Positions 48,895-59,662 of a stretch of DNA of 64,000 bases are shown one piece after another. The notes under the pieces were generated by a model. That model was given only the letters and a program-made list of their open reading frames with translations, was not told the origin of the DNA and did not search any database. Source of the DNA: Pseudomonadota bacterium (lineage in GTDB: Bacteria > Pseudomonadota > Gammaproteobacteria > Steroidobacterales > Steroidobacteraceae); contig JAJYUL010000016.1 of assembly GCA_021792555.1 (NCBI GenBank), positions 1,632 to 65,631 on the forward strand, in the 5' to 3' direction. Each line of letters begins with the position of its first letter. Within the stretch, counting starts at the first letter, position 1. Made by a program: the position numbers and the translations under genes.

Positions 48895-50645
48895 AGGCGC
48901 GTGTCGCGGCAGTCTGGCTGGCGCTGTGTCTGTGCGTCGCGGCAGCGCCGGCGCGCGCGGCGGTCACCGCGGCGCTCAGCGACACGCAGATCGTCTCCGG
49001 CACCACGGTGCAGCTCACTCTGACCTACGACGGCCTGACCACGAGCGATCCCGATGTGGCGCCGCTGCGCGCGGACTTTGACATCCTCGGGAGCAGCACG
49101 AGCACGAGCGTGCAGATCGGGACCGGCGGCAGCTCCGAGAGCACTCAGGTGGTGCTGACGCTGGCGCCGAAGCGCACCGGCCGGCTGACGATTCCGCCGA
49201 TTTCCTGGGACGGAGAGCGCAGCCCGCCGCTGACGCTGACGGTCACGGGGGCGGGTTCCGCCTCGGCCACCGCGTCCGGCGCGCGCACGCCCGCGAAGGT
49301 ATTCATCGTCAGCCGCGTCACGCCTGCCCGCCCGTACGTGCAGCAGCAGACGCGGCTGACCGTGCAGATCTACACGGCGGAGCAGCTCTACCACGGCACA
49401 TTGCAGTTCTCCGGTAATGGCGCCGTGCTCGTCAGGCACGTCGGCGCCGACCAGTATGGCAATGCGGTGCGCAACGGTCAGACCTATCAGGTCATTACGC
49501 GGCGCTACGTGCTGTTCCCGCAACGCAGCGGGCGGATCACGCTGACGGGACCGGTGCTCGCCGGCGAGGTGGCCGACCGGCAGAGCAGCTCACCGTGGGG
49601 GGGCAATCCGTTCGGCGGGTTTTTCGGCGGGCTGATGCAGACGCTGCGCCCGATCGAGCTGCATGGCGATCCGGTCGTGCTCACCGTGCGCCCTCGGCCG
49701 TCCGGCGCGGCCAGCGGCCACTGGCTGCCGGCCCGCAAGGTCACGCTCACCGCGCACTGGAGCCCGCGGACGCTGACGGCTCAGGCCGGCGACCCGCTCA
49801 CCGTCACACTCGACCTGCAGGCCGCGGGACTCACCGCCGCCCAGCTGCCCGACCTCGCGCACCGGCTCGCACCGCCGGCTGGCGTGAGCGCGTATCCGGA
49901 TCAGGCCAAGCTCGCCAACACGACGCAGGGTGGGGGCGTGCTCGGCAGCCGCGACCAGACCATCGCGTTCATCGCGAACCGCCCCGGTCGCTACCGCCTG
50001 CCGGCCATCACGCTGCACTGGTGGGACACGCGCACCAATCAGCCGCGCGTGGCGAGCCTGCCGGCGCAGAACCTGAACATCGTGCCCGCGCCCGGGGTGG
50101 CCGCGGCCCCGCCCGCAGCCGCCCAGGCGACTCCTCCGGCGCCGGCCTCGCCGGCACCGCGCGCCGCGCCCGTTCCTGCCCGCGTTCCGCCGCAGGCTGT
50201 GAAGACCAGCCTCACGCCCTGGCACTGGCTGACCGTGGCGATGGGAGCGCTGTGGGTCGCGACCGTGGGCATCTGGCTCGCATCGCGCCGCCGCCGGCCT
50301 CGTCCCGCCGCCCCGCCGGCGCCGAAGCGGCCCGCGCGCCCCGACGCCTCGGCCGAACGGACGGCATTCCGTGCCGCGTGCGAGCGCAACGATGCGCCGG
50401 CAGCCCGCCGCCACCTGTTGGGTTGGATGGCGGCCGCCTGGGACGTTCCCGCAACCAGCCTCCAGCCGCTCGCGGCGGCGAGCCGCGATCCGCAGCTCAG
50501 CACCGCGCTGCGCGAGCTGGAGCGCGCCTGCTACGGCGGCGCCGGCTGGCAGGGCGCGCCGCTCGCCCAGGCGCTGCGTGAGCTGCCCGCACGAGCAGGC
50601 GCGGCCGCCTCGGGCGGCGGCACGCTGCCGCCGCTGTACCCGTAG
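48891..50645 (+). CDS. batD: BatD-like oxygen-tolerance protein
   Basis: Signal peptide MKARVAAVWLALCLCVAAAPARA, BatD-type repeated Ig-like regions, and a single C-terminal TM. Confidence 0.75.
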   Translation: MKARVAAVWLALCLCVAAAPARAAVTAALSDTQIVSGTTVQLTLTYDGLTTSDPDVAPLRADFDILGSSTSTSVQIGTGGSSESTQVVLTLAPKRTGRLTIPPISWDGERSPPLTLTVTGAGSASATASGARTPAKVFIVSRVTPARPYVQQQTRLTVQIYTAEQLYHGTLQFSGNGAVLVRHVGADQYGNAVRNGQTYQVITRRYVLFPQRSGRITLTGPVLAGEVADRQSSSPWGGNPFGGFFGGLMQTLRPIELHGDPVVLTVRPRPSGAASGHWLPARKVTLTAHWSPRTLTAQAGDPLTVTLDLQAAGLTAAQLPDLAHRLAPPAGVSAYPDQAKLANTTQGGGVLGSRDQTIAFIANRPGRYRLPAITLHWWDTRTNQPRVASLPAQNLNIVPAPGVAAAPPAAAQATPPAPASPAPRAAPVPARVPPQAVKTSLTPWHWLTVAMGALWVATVGIWLASRRRRPRPAAPPAPKRPARPDASAERTAFRAACERNDAPAARRHLLGWMAAAWDVPATSLQPLAAASRDPQLSTALRELERACYGGAGWQGAPLAQALRELPARAGAAASGGGTLPPLYP

Positions 50646-50651
50646 CGACGC

Positions 50652-51305
50652 TCAGGCGACGCCGTAGCGCTGCCGGTAGGCTTTGAGCGCGGCAAGCTGC
50701 TCGGCGGTGATGACGGAAGCGCCGGGCCGGGACAGAGCTTCGATCAGGTCCGCCAGCGTCAGCACACTCAGGCACTTCAAGCCGTGCTCGCGTTCGATCT
50801 CCTGGGTCGCGCTCAACTCGCCGCGGCCGCGCTCTTGCCGGTCGAGCGCGAACACGCAGCCCACGGGCTGCGCGCCCGCGGCGCGGATCAGCTCGAGCGA
50901 CTCGCGCACCGCCGTGCCGGCGGTCACCACGTCGTCGATGACGAGCACCCGGCCGGCAAGCGGCGCGCCGATGAGGCTGCCGCCCTCGCCGTGAGCCTTG
51001 GCCTCCTTGCGGTTGAACGCGTACGGCACGTTGCGTCCGTGGTGATCGAACAGCGCGGCGGCGGTGCTCGCGGCGAGCGCGATACCCTTGTACGCCGGCC
51101 CGAACAGCATGTCGAAGCCGAGCCCCGAGGCGCTGATCGCGGCCGCGTAGCAGCGGCCGAGCACGGCGATGGCCTCACCGTCGCTGAACAGACCCGCGTT
51201 GAAGAAGTACGGGCTTTCGCGGCCGGATTTGAGCGTGAACTGCCCGAAGCGCAGCGCCCGGCGCGCGAGCGCCAATTCGATGAATTTGAGCTGATGGTCC
51301 TGCAT
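50652..51305 (-). CDS. pyrE: Orotate phosphoribosyltransferase
   Basis: [19 protein letters not shown]...[13 protein letters not shown]. Confidence 0.9.
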   Translation of the reverse strand: MQDHQLKFIELALARRALRFGQFTLKSGRESPYFFNAGLFSDGEAIAVLGRCYAAAISASGLGFDMLFGPAYKGIALAASTAAALFDHHGRNVPYAFNRKEAKAHGEGGSLIGAPLAGRVLVIDDVVTAGTAVRESLELIRAAGAQPVGCVFALDRQERGRGELSATQEIEREHGLKCLSVLTLADLIEALSRPGASVITAEQLAALKAYRQRYGVA

Positions 51306-51316
51306 AGCGACTATCA

Positions 51317-52804
51317 TTGTCCGATGCCCAGCCCCGACGTCAACCGTCCGGCGCATCCGGATCGCGAATCTTGAATTCTGCGCCCACAGCCCCGAGCGAC
51401 ATCGGGGTGCTCGCCCGGTGGTGGCGGTCGCTCGCGGTGTACCGGCAGCCGAGCGTCGTGGCCATGCTGTTCCTCGGCTTCTCGAGCGGGCTGCCTTTCC
51501 TGCTCGTGTACTCGACGCTGTCGGTCTGGCTGCGCCAGCTGGGCATTGAGCGCTCGACCATCGGCATGCTCTCCTGGGTCGGCTTCGCCTATTCGTTCGA
51601 GTTCGTCTTCTCTCCGCTCGTCGACCGGCTCGAGCTGCCCGTGCTGCACCGCCTCCTCGGCCGGCGCCGCTCGTGGATGCTGCTCGCGCAGATCGGCGTG
51701 GCGCTCGGGCTGCTGCGCCTCGCCACGGTCAGCCCGGCGGCGGGGGTCGGCTCCGTCGCGCTCGCGACGCTGTTCGTGGCGTGCTGCTCGGCCACGCAGG
51801 ACGTCGCGATGAACGGCTGGCGCATCGAGTCCGTTCCCGCCGAGCTGCAAGGGGCGATGGTGGCGACCTATTCGACCGGCTACCGGATCGCGATGATCGC
51901 CGGCAGCGCGGGTGCGATCGGACTGGCCGCCGGGTTCGGTTGGCATCTGAGCTACGGCGCCATGGCGGCGCTGATGGCCGTCGGCATCGTCACCACGCTG
52001 TTGGTGGCAGAGCCCGAAGCGTCCGTCACCCGCGCCGAGCTGCAGCGCGAGACGCGGGTCATCGATTGGCTCGAGCGGCGCGCTCACTGGCCCGCCACGC
52101 TGAAGAAGGCCGGCGAGTGGTTCATCGGCGCGGTCATCTGTCCGCTGACGGAATTCTTCGGCCGCTACGGAACGCGCTTCGCGCTCGTGTGCCTCGCCTT
52201 CATCGGGCTGTATCAGGTCACCGAGTTCACGATGGGCTCGATGACCAATCCTTTCTACATCGATCATCACTACACGCTGGAGCAGATCGCGGTGGTGGTG
52301 AAATTCAGCGGGTTCACGGTGGGCATCGCCGGGGTGTTCCTCGCCGGCATGCTGGTCGCCCGGTTCGGGCTCGCCCGCTCGCTCGCGGCCGGCATCTTCC
52401 TCGCCATCCTCTCGAACCTGAGTTACGCGCTGCTGGCCACCACCCACACGGCAACACTCCTCGGGCTCGGCTTCACCAATGGGCTCGACAACCTGGCGCT
52501 GTCCGTCCAAGGCGTCGCGTTGATCGCGTTTCTCTCCAGCCTCACCAGTGCGAAGTACACCGCCACCCAGTACGCGCTGTTCGCGTCGTTTTACGCGCTG
52601 CCGGGGAAGATTCTCGAAGGCACCTCGGGATTCATGGTCCAGCGTATCGGCTATCCGCACTTCTTCCTGTACACCGCCAGCCTGAGCATTCCAGGGGTGC
52701 TGCTGCTGGGGTGGCTGTGGCACAGGATTCCGCGGGGCGGGCCCGCGCCCGCGGCCGCACTCGCGGCCGGCCAGACCGAGCGCATCGATGCCGGCCCCGG
52801 CTGA
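51317..52804 (+). CDS. ampG: AmpG-family MFS muropeptide permease (start uncertain, TTG)
   Basis: [54 protein letters not shown]. Confidence 0.8.
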   Translation: MSDAQPRRQPSGASGSRILNSAPTAPSDIGVLARWWRSLAVYRQPSVVAMLFLGFSSGLPFLLVYSTLSVWLRQLGIERSTIGMLSWVGFAYSFEFVFSPLVDRLELPVLHRLLGRRRSWMLLAQIGVALGLLRLATVSPAAGVGSVALATLFVACCSATQDVAMNGWRIESVPAELQGAMVATYSTGYRIAMIAGSAGAIGLAAGFGWHLSYGAMAALMAVGIVTTLLVAEPEASVTRAELQRETRVIDWLERRAHWPATLKKAGEWFIGAVICPLTEFFGRYGTRFALVCLAFIGLYQVTEFTMGSMTNPFYIDHHYTLEQIAVVVKFSGFTVGIAGVFLAGMLVARFGLARSLAAGIFLAILSNLSYALLATTHTATLLGLGFTNGLDNLALSVQGVALIAFLSSLTSAKYTATQYALFASFYALPGKILEGTSGFMVQRIGYPHFFLYTASLSIPGVLLLGWLWHRIPRGGPAPAAALAAGQTERIDAGPG

Positions 52805-53180
52805 GATCGATCTCGAGCGCGTGATCTGCAGTCTGGCGGATCTCGAGGAGAACGGCGCGCGCGCATTCCGCATCGGCGCCGGCGACTGGCCGCTGCGCGG
52901 CTTCGTGGTGCGTTGCGGCGCCGAGGTCCGCGGCTACGTCAATCACTGCCCGCACGCAGGCCATCCGCTCGATCTGAGGCCGCACCGGTTCCTGACGCCC
53001 GATCGGGCACTCATCGTGTGCGCATCGCATGGAGCGCTGTTCGAGAAGGCGACCGGTCACTGCATCGCCGGCCCGTGCGCGGGCCAGTCCCTCACGCCCA
53101 TCGCCCTGACGATCGCCGGTGATCTGGTGCTGCTCGCGCCCGAAGTCGACGTTGCGGCGCTCGCCGCGGCGACGCCCTGA
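52788..53180 (+). CDS. Rieske [2Fe-2S] domain protein
   Basis: CPHAGHPL ... CASHGALF. Confidence 0.8.
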   Translation: MPAPAEIDLERVICSLADLEENGARAFRIGAGDWPLRGFVVRCGAEVRGYVNHCPHAGHPLDLRPHRFLTPDRALIVCASHGALFEKATGHCIAGPCAGQSLTPIALTIAGDLVLLAPEVDVAALAAATP

Positions 53181-53495
53181 TCATTCGAACAGGTCGAGAC
53201 CCTCGAGGGTGCCGGCGCGTGGCGTCGTATCCTCGCTCAGCGGCTCCCCGCCGCGGATCTCCTCGTCCTCCGCGTCGACATCGACCGAGCCGCTCCAGTC
53301 CTCGGGCGGCTCCGCGGCCTCGAGCGTCCCCTCGTCCCACTGCGCCTCCCAGTCCTCCCGGTCCATCTCCTCGACCGTGCCGTCGAAATATTGGATGTCG
53401 ATGGTCGCGTCGTCGTCATCGACCGCGACGACTTCGAACAGCTCCCCGCCGCTCAAGCGATACCAGTCACCGATTCTCGGTTGTGGAGCGACCAT
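53181..53495 (-). CDS. Small highly acidic hypothetical protein
   Basis: 104 aa, D/E-rich, with GC-skewed third positions. No function recognised. Confidence 0.5.
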   Translation of the reverse strand: MVAPQPRIGDWYRLSGGELFEVVAVDDDDATIDIQYFDGTVEEMDREDWEAQWDEGTLEAAEPPEDWSGSVDVDAEDEEIRGGEPLSEDTTPRAGTLEGLDLFE

Positions 53496-53678
53496 GACCA
53501 GACCTCCCCGGGCGCGCCGTCCCCCGGCGCTGCGCAGTTCCGGCCCCGTGGGCGGACCGCTCGGTGCGCCCGGCCGGCCGCGAAGCTGCTATCCTGCGGC
53601 CGCCGAGCGAGGGACGCTGCTCATGTTGCGCCTCGCCCGCCCCCCTTTCAAGAACGGGAAAACCGCAGTCCACCGCCC

Positions 53679-54317
53679 ATGCTCGAGGAGTCGCTGAAGT
53701 TCTTCGTGGTGTTCTTTGCGGTGGTCGAGCCCATCTCGCTGCTGCCGATCTTCAGCGGCCTGACCCAGGGCGCCACCCGCGAATACCGCCATCGGATGGC
53801 GATCAAGGCGACGGTGGTCGCCGCCCTGATCCTGGCCTTCTTCGCGCTCGTCGGCGCGCCGTTCCTCGCCCTGATGGGCATCAGCCTCGGGGCGTTCCGC
53901 ATCTTCGGCGGCGTGCTGCTGTTCCTCCTGGCGCTGGAGATGGTCTTCGCGCGCGAATCGGGCAGCCGGACCACGAGCGACGAGCAGGCCGAGAGCCAGC
54001 GCCGCGCGGATATCTCCGTGGTGCCGCTCGCCTTCCCGTTCATCTCCGGGCCCGGAGCGCTTGCCACCGTGCTGCTGTGGTTCGGACCGGTGCACCTGTT
54101 CGATCACCCGCTGGTCTTTCTCAGCCTGTTCCTGGCGGTGCTGGTGGTGCTGTCGATCTCGCTGGTGATCATGTGGCTCGCCGAGCCGCTGATGAACATC
54201 ATCGGGGTGACGGGCGTGAACGTGGCCGGCCGCCTCTTCGGCGTGGTCCTCGGCGCTCTGGCCGTGCAGTTCGTGGTCGATGGGCTGCGTACCGTGTTCA
54301 AGTTGCACGGCGCGTGA
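53679..54317 (+). CDS. MarC-family (UPF0056) integral membrane protein
   Basis: FFVVFFAVVEPISLLPIF...VVPLAFPFISGPGALATVLL. Confidence 0.8.
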   Translation: MLEESLKFFVVFFAVVEPISLLPIFSGLTQGATREYRHRMAIKATVVAALILAFFALVGAPFLALMGISLGAFRIFGGVLLFLLALEMVFARESGSRTTSDEQAESQRRADISVVPLAFPFISGPGALATVLLWFGPVHLFDHPLVFLSLFLAVLVVLSISLVIMWLAEPLMNIIGVTGVNVAGRLFGVVLGALAVQFVVDGLRTVFKLHGA

Positions 54318-54335
54318 ACCGCGGCCCGCGGGGCC

Positions 54336-55019
54336 TCAGAGGCGCTCGAACGCCAGGTCCCACACCGGATGCCCGAGCCGCTCCCCGCGCCGCTCGAAGC
54401 GGGTCGCGGCGCGCTCGGCCGGTCGCGGCACGAAGGCTCCCTGCGGCGAGAGATTGCGCAGCCGCGTCTCGGCATTGAGCGTGGCGAGCATCTCCTCGGC
54501 ATAGGCCGACCAGTCGGTCGCCAGATGCACGATCCCGCCGGACTTCAGCCGCCCGGCGAGCAGGCTGACGAAGGCCGGCTGGATCAGGCGCCGCTTGTGA
54601 TGGCGCTTCTTCGGCCAGGGGTCGGGGAACAGCACCAGAATCTCATCGAGACAGTCCGCGGGCAGGTGACGCTCGAGCACCTCGACCGCATCGAGGCAGA
54701 TCACCCGCACGTTGGTGAGCCCCCGCTCCTCAGCCCCGAGCAGTACCCTTCCCACCCCGGGGCGGTGCACCTCGATGCCGAGAAAATCGCGTTCGGGATG
54801 CGCCTCGGCGAGCGCCAGAAGATTCTCGCCGTTACCGAAGCCAATCTCGGCGGTGCGCGGCGCGGTGCGGCCGAACAGGGCGTCAAGATCCAGCGTCCCG
54901 TGCGGATCGACGCCGTATTTCGGCCACAGCGTGGCGAGCGCGCGCTCCTGCGCAGGCGTGATCCGCCCGGCGCGTGTCACGAAGGAGCGGACGGCGCGGG
55001 GGTGTGCGCTCTCGTTCAC
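54336..55019 (-). CDS. trmB: tRNA (guanine-N7)-methyltransferase (GTG start, uncertain)
   Basis: EIGFGNGENLL...FLGIEVH...LFPDPWPKKRHHKRR. Confidence 0.85.
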   Translation of the reverse strand: MNESAHPRAVRSFVTRAGRITPAQERALATLWPKYGVDPHGTLDLDALFGRTAPRTAEIGFGNGENLLALAEAHPERDFLGIEVHRPGVGRVLLGAEERGLTNVRVICLDAVEVLERHLPADCLDEILVLFPDPWPKKRHHKRRLIQPAFVSLLAGRLKSGGIVHLATDWSAYAEEMLATLNAETRLRNLSPQGAFVPRPAERAATRFERRGERLGHPVWDLAFERL

Positions 55020-55030
55020 CCGCGGCGCCG

Positions 55031-55360
55031 CTATCTGACGGTGGGCAGGCCGAGGGCCTTCCACGCCACGATGCCGCCGGCCATGTGCGCGGCCGGCTGG
55101 CCCGCCGCCTTGCGCAGGCGTGCCGCGGTCAGCGAACGTCCGCCGGCGGCGCAATGAAACACAACCGCACGCGCCCCGTCCGCCGGCAGGTGCGCCGCAT
55201 CGAACGTCGAGAGCGGATACAGCAGCGCGCCCGGAATTCGCTCGGCTGCGTACTCGTCCGGCTCGCGCACGTCGATCAACAGGATCCGGCCCTCTTCGAG
55301 CAGGCTCTGCACGTCCTGGGGTACATACTCGATGACCCCGTCTGTGGTGACTCGGTTCAT
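55031..55360 (-). CDS. Rhodanese-like sulfurtransferase domain protein
   Basis: LLIDVREPDEYAAERIPGA...VFHCAAGGRS. Confidence 0.8.
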   Translation of the reverse strand: MNRVTTDGVIEYVPQDVQSLLEEGRILLIDVREPDEYAAERIPGALLYPLSTFDAAHLPADGARAVVFHCAAGGRSLTAARLRKAAGQPAAHMAGGIVAWKALGLPTVR

Positions 55361-55370
55361 GGCCGCGATT

Positions 55371-56756
55371 CTAGCCGGTCCGCGCGCCCGGGTCTCGGCC
55401 GGCGAGCGCCGGCAGGCGCTCGCGCACCAGGGCCTCGGCGAGCGCGTAGTCGATGCTGCCGTCCGCGCCGCGCGCACGATCGAGCTGCTCGAGAATCGAC
55501 GCCTGCGTCTCGCCGCGCCGCAGCGCTTCGAGGTAGGAGATCTCGGGATGGAACATCACCATCGAGTAGCGCGGGATGAACTGTTGCGGGAAGTGCCGCT
55601 CGAGCTCGAACGCCAGCTGCTTCAGCCGCAGGAATTTCGGATCGCGCACCCGCGCGCGCATCTCCAGGTAGTTCTCCAGCGCCATGCGCGCGATCGCCTC
55701 GCTGTTCGGGCGGCGCCGCCGCTCGAACTCCTCATAGAGCGCCGCCCACTGCCCGCCCCGCTCGAGCAGCTCATCGAGCACGGCGCAGTCCTCGAATCCG
55801 GCGTTCATGCCCTGCCCATGAAACGGCACGATGGCGTGCGCGGCGTCGCCGAGCAGCAGCACCCGTCCGCCAAGGTGCCAGCCGCGCGCATGCACGGTGG
55901 CCAGCTGCCCCTGCGGGTTGCGGCGGAAATCCTCGCACAGCGCGTCATGATGCGCGGCGAGGTCGGGAAACTGCTCGGCAAAGAACCGGCGCAGCGCCGC
56001 CTCGTCGGCGAGCTGCGCAAAGCCCGCCTCACCCGCACGCGGCAGGAACAGAGTCAGGGTGAACGTGCCAGCGGGGTTCGGAAGCGCGATCAGCATAAAG
56101 CCGCCGCGCGGCCAGATATGCAGCGCCGCGGGGTCGAGCGCGTGTGCGCCGCCCGCGCCCGCCGGCAGGGTCATCTCCTTGTAGTCATGGGCGAGCGGCT
56201 CGATGCGCACCTCGCAGACCCCCGCCTCGGCCAGGCTCTCGCGCAGCGGCGAGCCCGCTCCGTCGGCCGCAATCACCGTCTCGCAATCGAGCTCGAACTG
56301 CCGGCCCGAGCGCTCCTCGCGGCAGCGCGCGGTGTGTGATATCGGATCAAGTCCCAGACACCGCTGACCGAAGCGCAGCGTCACACCGGCGCGCTCGGCA
56401 GCGCCGATGAGCACCCGGTTGAGCGCGGCGCGCCCGACTGAATAGTTGATTTCCTCCGGCCGCTGTCCGTAGCGCTGCAACGCGGGCCGGCCGGTCAGCT
56501 CGTGCACCATGCGGCCGCGCATCGGCAGCAGCAGCGGCGCGACCTCTGCGAACACACCCGCCCGTTCGAGCGGGCGCATGCCGCGCGCCGACAGCGCGAG
56601 GTTGATGGAGCGACCGGCTTCAGCCGGTCCCTCGCGGGGATCGGTCCGCCGCTCGAACAGTGTGACCGCAAAGCCCCGCCGCGCGAGCAGCAGAGCGAGC
56701 AGCGGACCGGTCAGTCCGGCGCCGACCACCGCGACGCGCCGGCCCGCGCCGCTCAT
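55371..56756 (-). CDS. kmo: Kynurenine 3-monooxygenase (FAD-dependent)
   Basis: VAVVGAGLTGPLLALLLARRG...LLGDAAHAIVPFHGQGMNAGFED. Confidence 0.8.
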   Translation of the reverse strand: MSGAGRRVAVVGAGLTGPLLALLLARRGFAVTLFERRTDPREGPAEAGRSINLALSARGMRPLERAGVFAEVAPLLLPMRGRMVHELTGRPALQRYGQRPEEINYSVGRAALNRVLIGAAERAGVTLRFGQRCLGLDPISHTARCREERSGRQFELDCETVIAADGAGSPLRESLAEAGVCEVRIEPLAHDYKEMTLPAGAGGAHALDPAALHIWPRGGFMLIALPNPAGTFTLTLFLPRAGEAGFAQLADEAALRRFFAEQFPDLAAHHDALCEDFRRNPQGQLATVHARGWHLGGRVLLLGDAAHAIVPFHGQGMNAGFEDCAVLDELLERGGQWAALYEEFERRRRPNSEAIARMALENYLEMRARVRDPKFLRLKQLAFELERHFPQQFIPRYSMVMFHPEISYLEALRRGETQASILEQLDRARGADGSIDYALAEALVRERLPALAGRDPGARTG

Positions 56757-58021
56757 GCCGAACGCAGCGCCTCTTCGAGGCGCGTCACGAACGTGAAGAC
56801 ATCCGCGTACGTGTTGTAAAGGGGGGCGGGCGCGGCGCGGATTATGTTCGGCTCTCGCCAGTCGCAGATCGCCCCGTGGGCTGCGAGCCACTGGAAGACC
56901 CGATGCGCTCGTTGAGCATCGGCACCGATGCGCAGCGACAGCTGTGCGCCGCGCGCGGCCGGCTCCCGTGGTGTGATGATGTGCGCTTCAGGCACACGCG
57001 CCCGCAGCAGCTGCTCGAAGGCCGCGGTGAGCGCGACCGATTTCTCGCGCAGCTGCTGCACGCCCGCCTCGCGAAACAGGCCCAACGAAGTCACGAGCGG
57101 CGCGGCAGCCAGCACCGACTGATTGCTGAGCTGAAACCCAGCCGCGCCATGCGCCGCGCGAAACGCTTGCGGCATCTGGAAACGCGTAGCGAGCTCGTGT
57201 CCCCACCAGCCTGCGAGCCGCGGCCGCTCGGACCGAAAGTGCCGATGGTGTACGAATGCGCCGGCGGTGGCGCCGGGTCCCGCATTGAGATACTTGTAGC
57301 TGCACCAGACGGCGAAGTCGGCAGCCGTATCGCGCAGAGGGAGCGGCATGTTGCCGACAGAATGCGCAAGATCGAAGCCGGCCAGCGCACCCGCGTCGTG
57401 CGCCGCGCGCGCGATGCGGGGCAGGTCGAACGCCTGACCGGTCAGATACTGCACGCCCGGCCACAGCACCAGCGCAATCTCCTCGCCGCGCCGCGCGAGC
57501 AGGTCCTCGAGATCCTGCTCGCGTACGCAGTCCTCGCCCGCCCGCGGGGCGAGCTCGATCAGCGCCTCGCCCGGCTCCAGTCCGTGCCACTGCAGGTGCG
57601 TCGTCACGGCATACCGGTCGGACGGGAACGCGCCCGCCTCGATCAGGATGCAGCGGCGGAGTCCCGCGGGCCGGTAGAAGCTGGCCAACATCAGCTGCAG
57701 ATTGACGCTGAGGGAGTTCATAACCGCCACTTCGTCGGCGCGGCAGCCGAGCAGCTCCGCGGTCGGGGCGGCAAGCGCATCGTGATAGGTGATCCAGGGC
57801 CGGTGCCCGTGCTCGTGTGCCAACACCGCCCGTTGCGCCCAGTCATCGAGCACCTGATCGACTTGCGCGCGCGCCGCGCGCGGCATCAGCCCCAGGGAAT
57901 GTCCGCACAGATAAACGGCCGGCTCGCCGCCCGCCGCACGGGGCACGGCGAAATGCGCGCGCAGTGCACGCAGCGGATCGGCCGCGTCACGCTCGATCGC
58001 GTGCTGCAGCGTAAGGAGCAT
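56753..58021 (-). CDS. kynU: Kynureninase (PLP-dependent)
   Basis: VYLCGHSLGLMP...FAVWCSYKYLNAGPG... Confidence 0.85.
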   Translation of the reverse strand: MLLTLQHAIERDAADPLRALRAHFAVPRAAGGEPAVYLCGHSLGLMPRAARAQVDQVLDDWAQRAVLAHEHGHRPWITYHDALAAPTAELLGCRADEVAVMNSLSVNLQLMLASFYRPAGLRRCILIEAGAFPSDRYAVTTHLQWHGLEPGEALIELAPRAGEDCVREQDLEDLLARRGEEIALVLWPGVQYLTGQAFDLPRIARAAHDAGALAGFDLAHSVGNMPLPLRDTAADFAVWCSYKYLNAGPGATAGAFVHHRHFRSERPRLAGWWGHELATRFQMPQAFRAAHGAAGFQLSNQSVLAAAPLVTSLGLFREAGVQQLREKSVALTAAFEQLLRARVPEAHIITPREPAARGAQLSLRIGADAQRAHRVFQWLAAHGAICDWREPNIIRAAPAPLYNTYADVFTFVTRLEEALRSA

Positions 58022-59661
58022 CAGGCGATCGCTTCGCCCACGCGCTCGCGGTCGCGCCCGTGCGAGGTGGGGCCGCGCTTGAGCAGCAGCAGCAGCGGCG
58101 AGATCACGATCACGAACAGCATCAGCGCATGAAACACGTCATCGAACGACATCATCAGCACCTGCCGCTGCATGAGCGAGTAGATCTCTCCGATCGCCAT
58201 GTGTGCCGCCTCGGCGGGTGACGCGCCGCGGGTCACGAACGCCTGCGTGAGCTTGTGCACCGTGTGCACATAGACCGGATTGAGCGGCTGCAGTCCACTG
58301 ACCAGGCGCGCCTGATGAAACTGCTCGCGCCGGGCGAGCAGCGCCTGCACCATGGAGATGCCGATGCTGCCGCCGAGGTTGCGCGCCACGGCGATCATGG
58401 CCGCGGCATTGCCGGTGCGGTCCGGCGGCACGCCGACATAAGCGGCGCTCATCAGCGGCACGAACAGCAACGGGATAGCCCCGGACTGCCAGGCGCGGGT
58501 GTAGGCGATGTGATCGAACGTCACCGTCACCGCGAAGCGGGACATCATCCATAGCGATACCGCAATGACCGCGAATGCCACGAGCATCAGCACGCGCGGC
58601 TGGAATTTCCCGGTCAATACGCCGGCCAATGGCATGGTCACCATCGTGATCATGCCGCCGAGGGTGAGCGCGAGCCCCGCCTGCGAGGCGGTATAACCGA
58701 GGATCTGCTGGGTCAGCTGCGGCACGAACTGGGTCGTGCCGAAGAGGATCACCCCGATCACCATGATGATCAAAGTGCCCACGGCGAAGTTGCGATGGCG
58801 GAACAGCCGCATCTCGAGCAGCGGCTCGCGCGCGAACAGCTCCCATACCACGAAGCTGATGATGCTGACGGCGGAGATGATCGCCGCGGCGCGGATCAGC
58901 GGGTCGGCGAACCAGTCGTCCTGCACACCGCGGTCGGTCATCACTTCGAGGAAACCCAGCCCGAGCGCGATGAGCGCCGCGCCGGTGAAGTCGAAGCGAA
59001 TGCCGCGCTTCCAGCGCTCGCGCCGCTCGTTGACCAGCAGCGGCGGTTCGTCGACGAATCCCTCGACCAGAGTCAGCGACAGCAATCCGATCGGCACGTT
59101 GATGAAGAAGATCCAATGCCAAGTGAACTGATCGGTGATGTAGCCGCCGACCAGCGGTCCCAGCATCGGCGCGAGGATGACGGTGAACCCATATACCGCC
59201 ATCGCCTTGCCGCGCGAGGCGGGCGGAAAGGTATCGATCAGCATGGCCTGCGTCACCGGCGCGAGTCCCCCGCCGCCGATACCCTGGGCGATGCGCGCCA
59301 CGATCAGGATGGTGAGCGAGGGGGCCAGGCCGCACGACAGCGAGGCGATCGTGAACAGCGCGACACTGAACATGTAATAGCGCTTGCGGCCGAACACCCC
59401 GGACAGCCAGCTGCTCATCGGAACGATGACGGCGTTGGCGATCAGGTAGCTGGTGAGCACCCAGGTCGCCTGGTCATAGCTCGCGGCAAGGGAGCCGGCG
59501 ATGTGCTGCAGCGACACGTTGGCGATGGCGGTGTCGAGCACCTCCATGAACGCCGAGATGGAGATGATGCTGGCGATCAGCCAGGGACTGTGCCGCCCGG
59601 CCGCCGATCGGGCCGGCGTCCACACGTGCGCGGCATTGCCCCGTGGGCCGGGCTCGGCCAT
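58021..59661 (-). CDS. emrB: MFS drug efflux transporter, EmrB/QacA (DHA2, 14-TM) family
   Basis: FMEVLDTAIANVSLQHIAGSL...GRKRYYMFSVALFTIASLSCGLAPS. Confidence 0.85.
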   Translation of the reverse strand: MAEPGPRGNAAHVWTPARSAAGRHSPWLIASIISISAFMEVLDTAIANVSLQHIAGSLAASYDQATWVLTSYLIANAVIVPMSSWLSGVFGRKRYYMFSVALFTIASLSCGLAPSLTILIVARIAQGIGGGGLAPVTQAMLIDTFPPASRGKAMAVYGFTVILAPMLGPLVGGYITDQFTWHWIFFINVPIGLLSLTLVEGFVDEPPLLVNERRERWKRGIRFDFTGAALIALGLGFLEVMTDRGVQDDWFADPLIRAAAIISAVSIISFVVWELFAREPLLEMRLFRHRNFAVGTLIIMVIGVILFGTTQFVPQLTQQILGYTASQAGLALTLGGMITMVTMPLAGVLTGKFQPRVLMLVAFAVIAVSLWMMSRFAVTVTFDHIAYTRAWQSGAIPLLFVPLMSAAYVGVPPDRTGNAAAMIAVARNLGGSIGISMVQALLARREQFHQARLVSGLQPLNPVYVHTVHKLTQAFVTRGASPAEAAHMAIGEIYSLMQRQVLMMSFDDVFHALMLFVIVISPLLLLLKRGPTSHGRDRERVGEAIA

Positions 59662-59662
59662 G

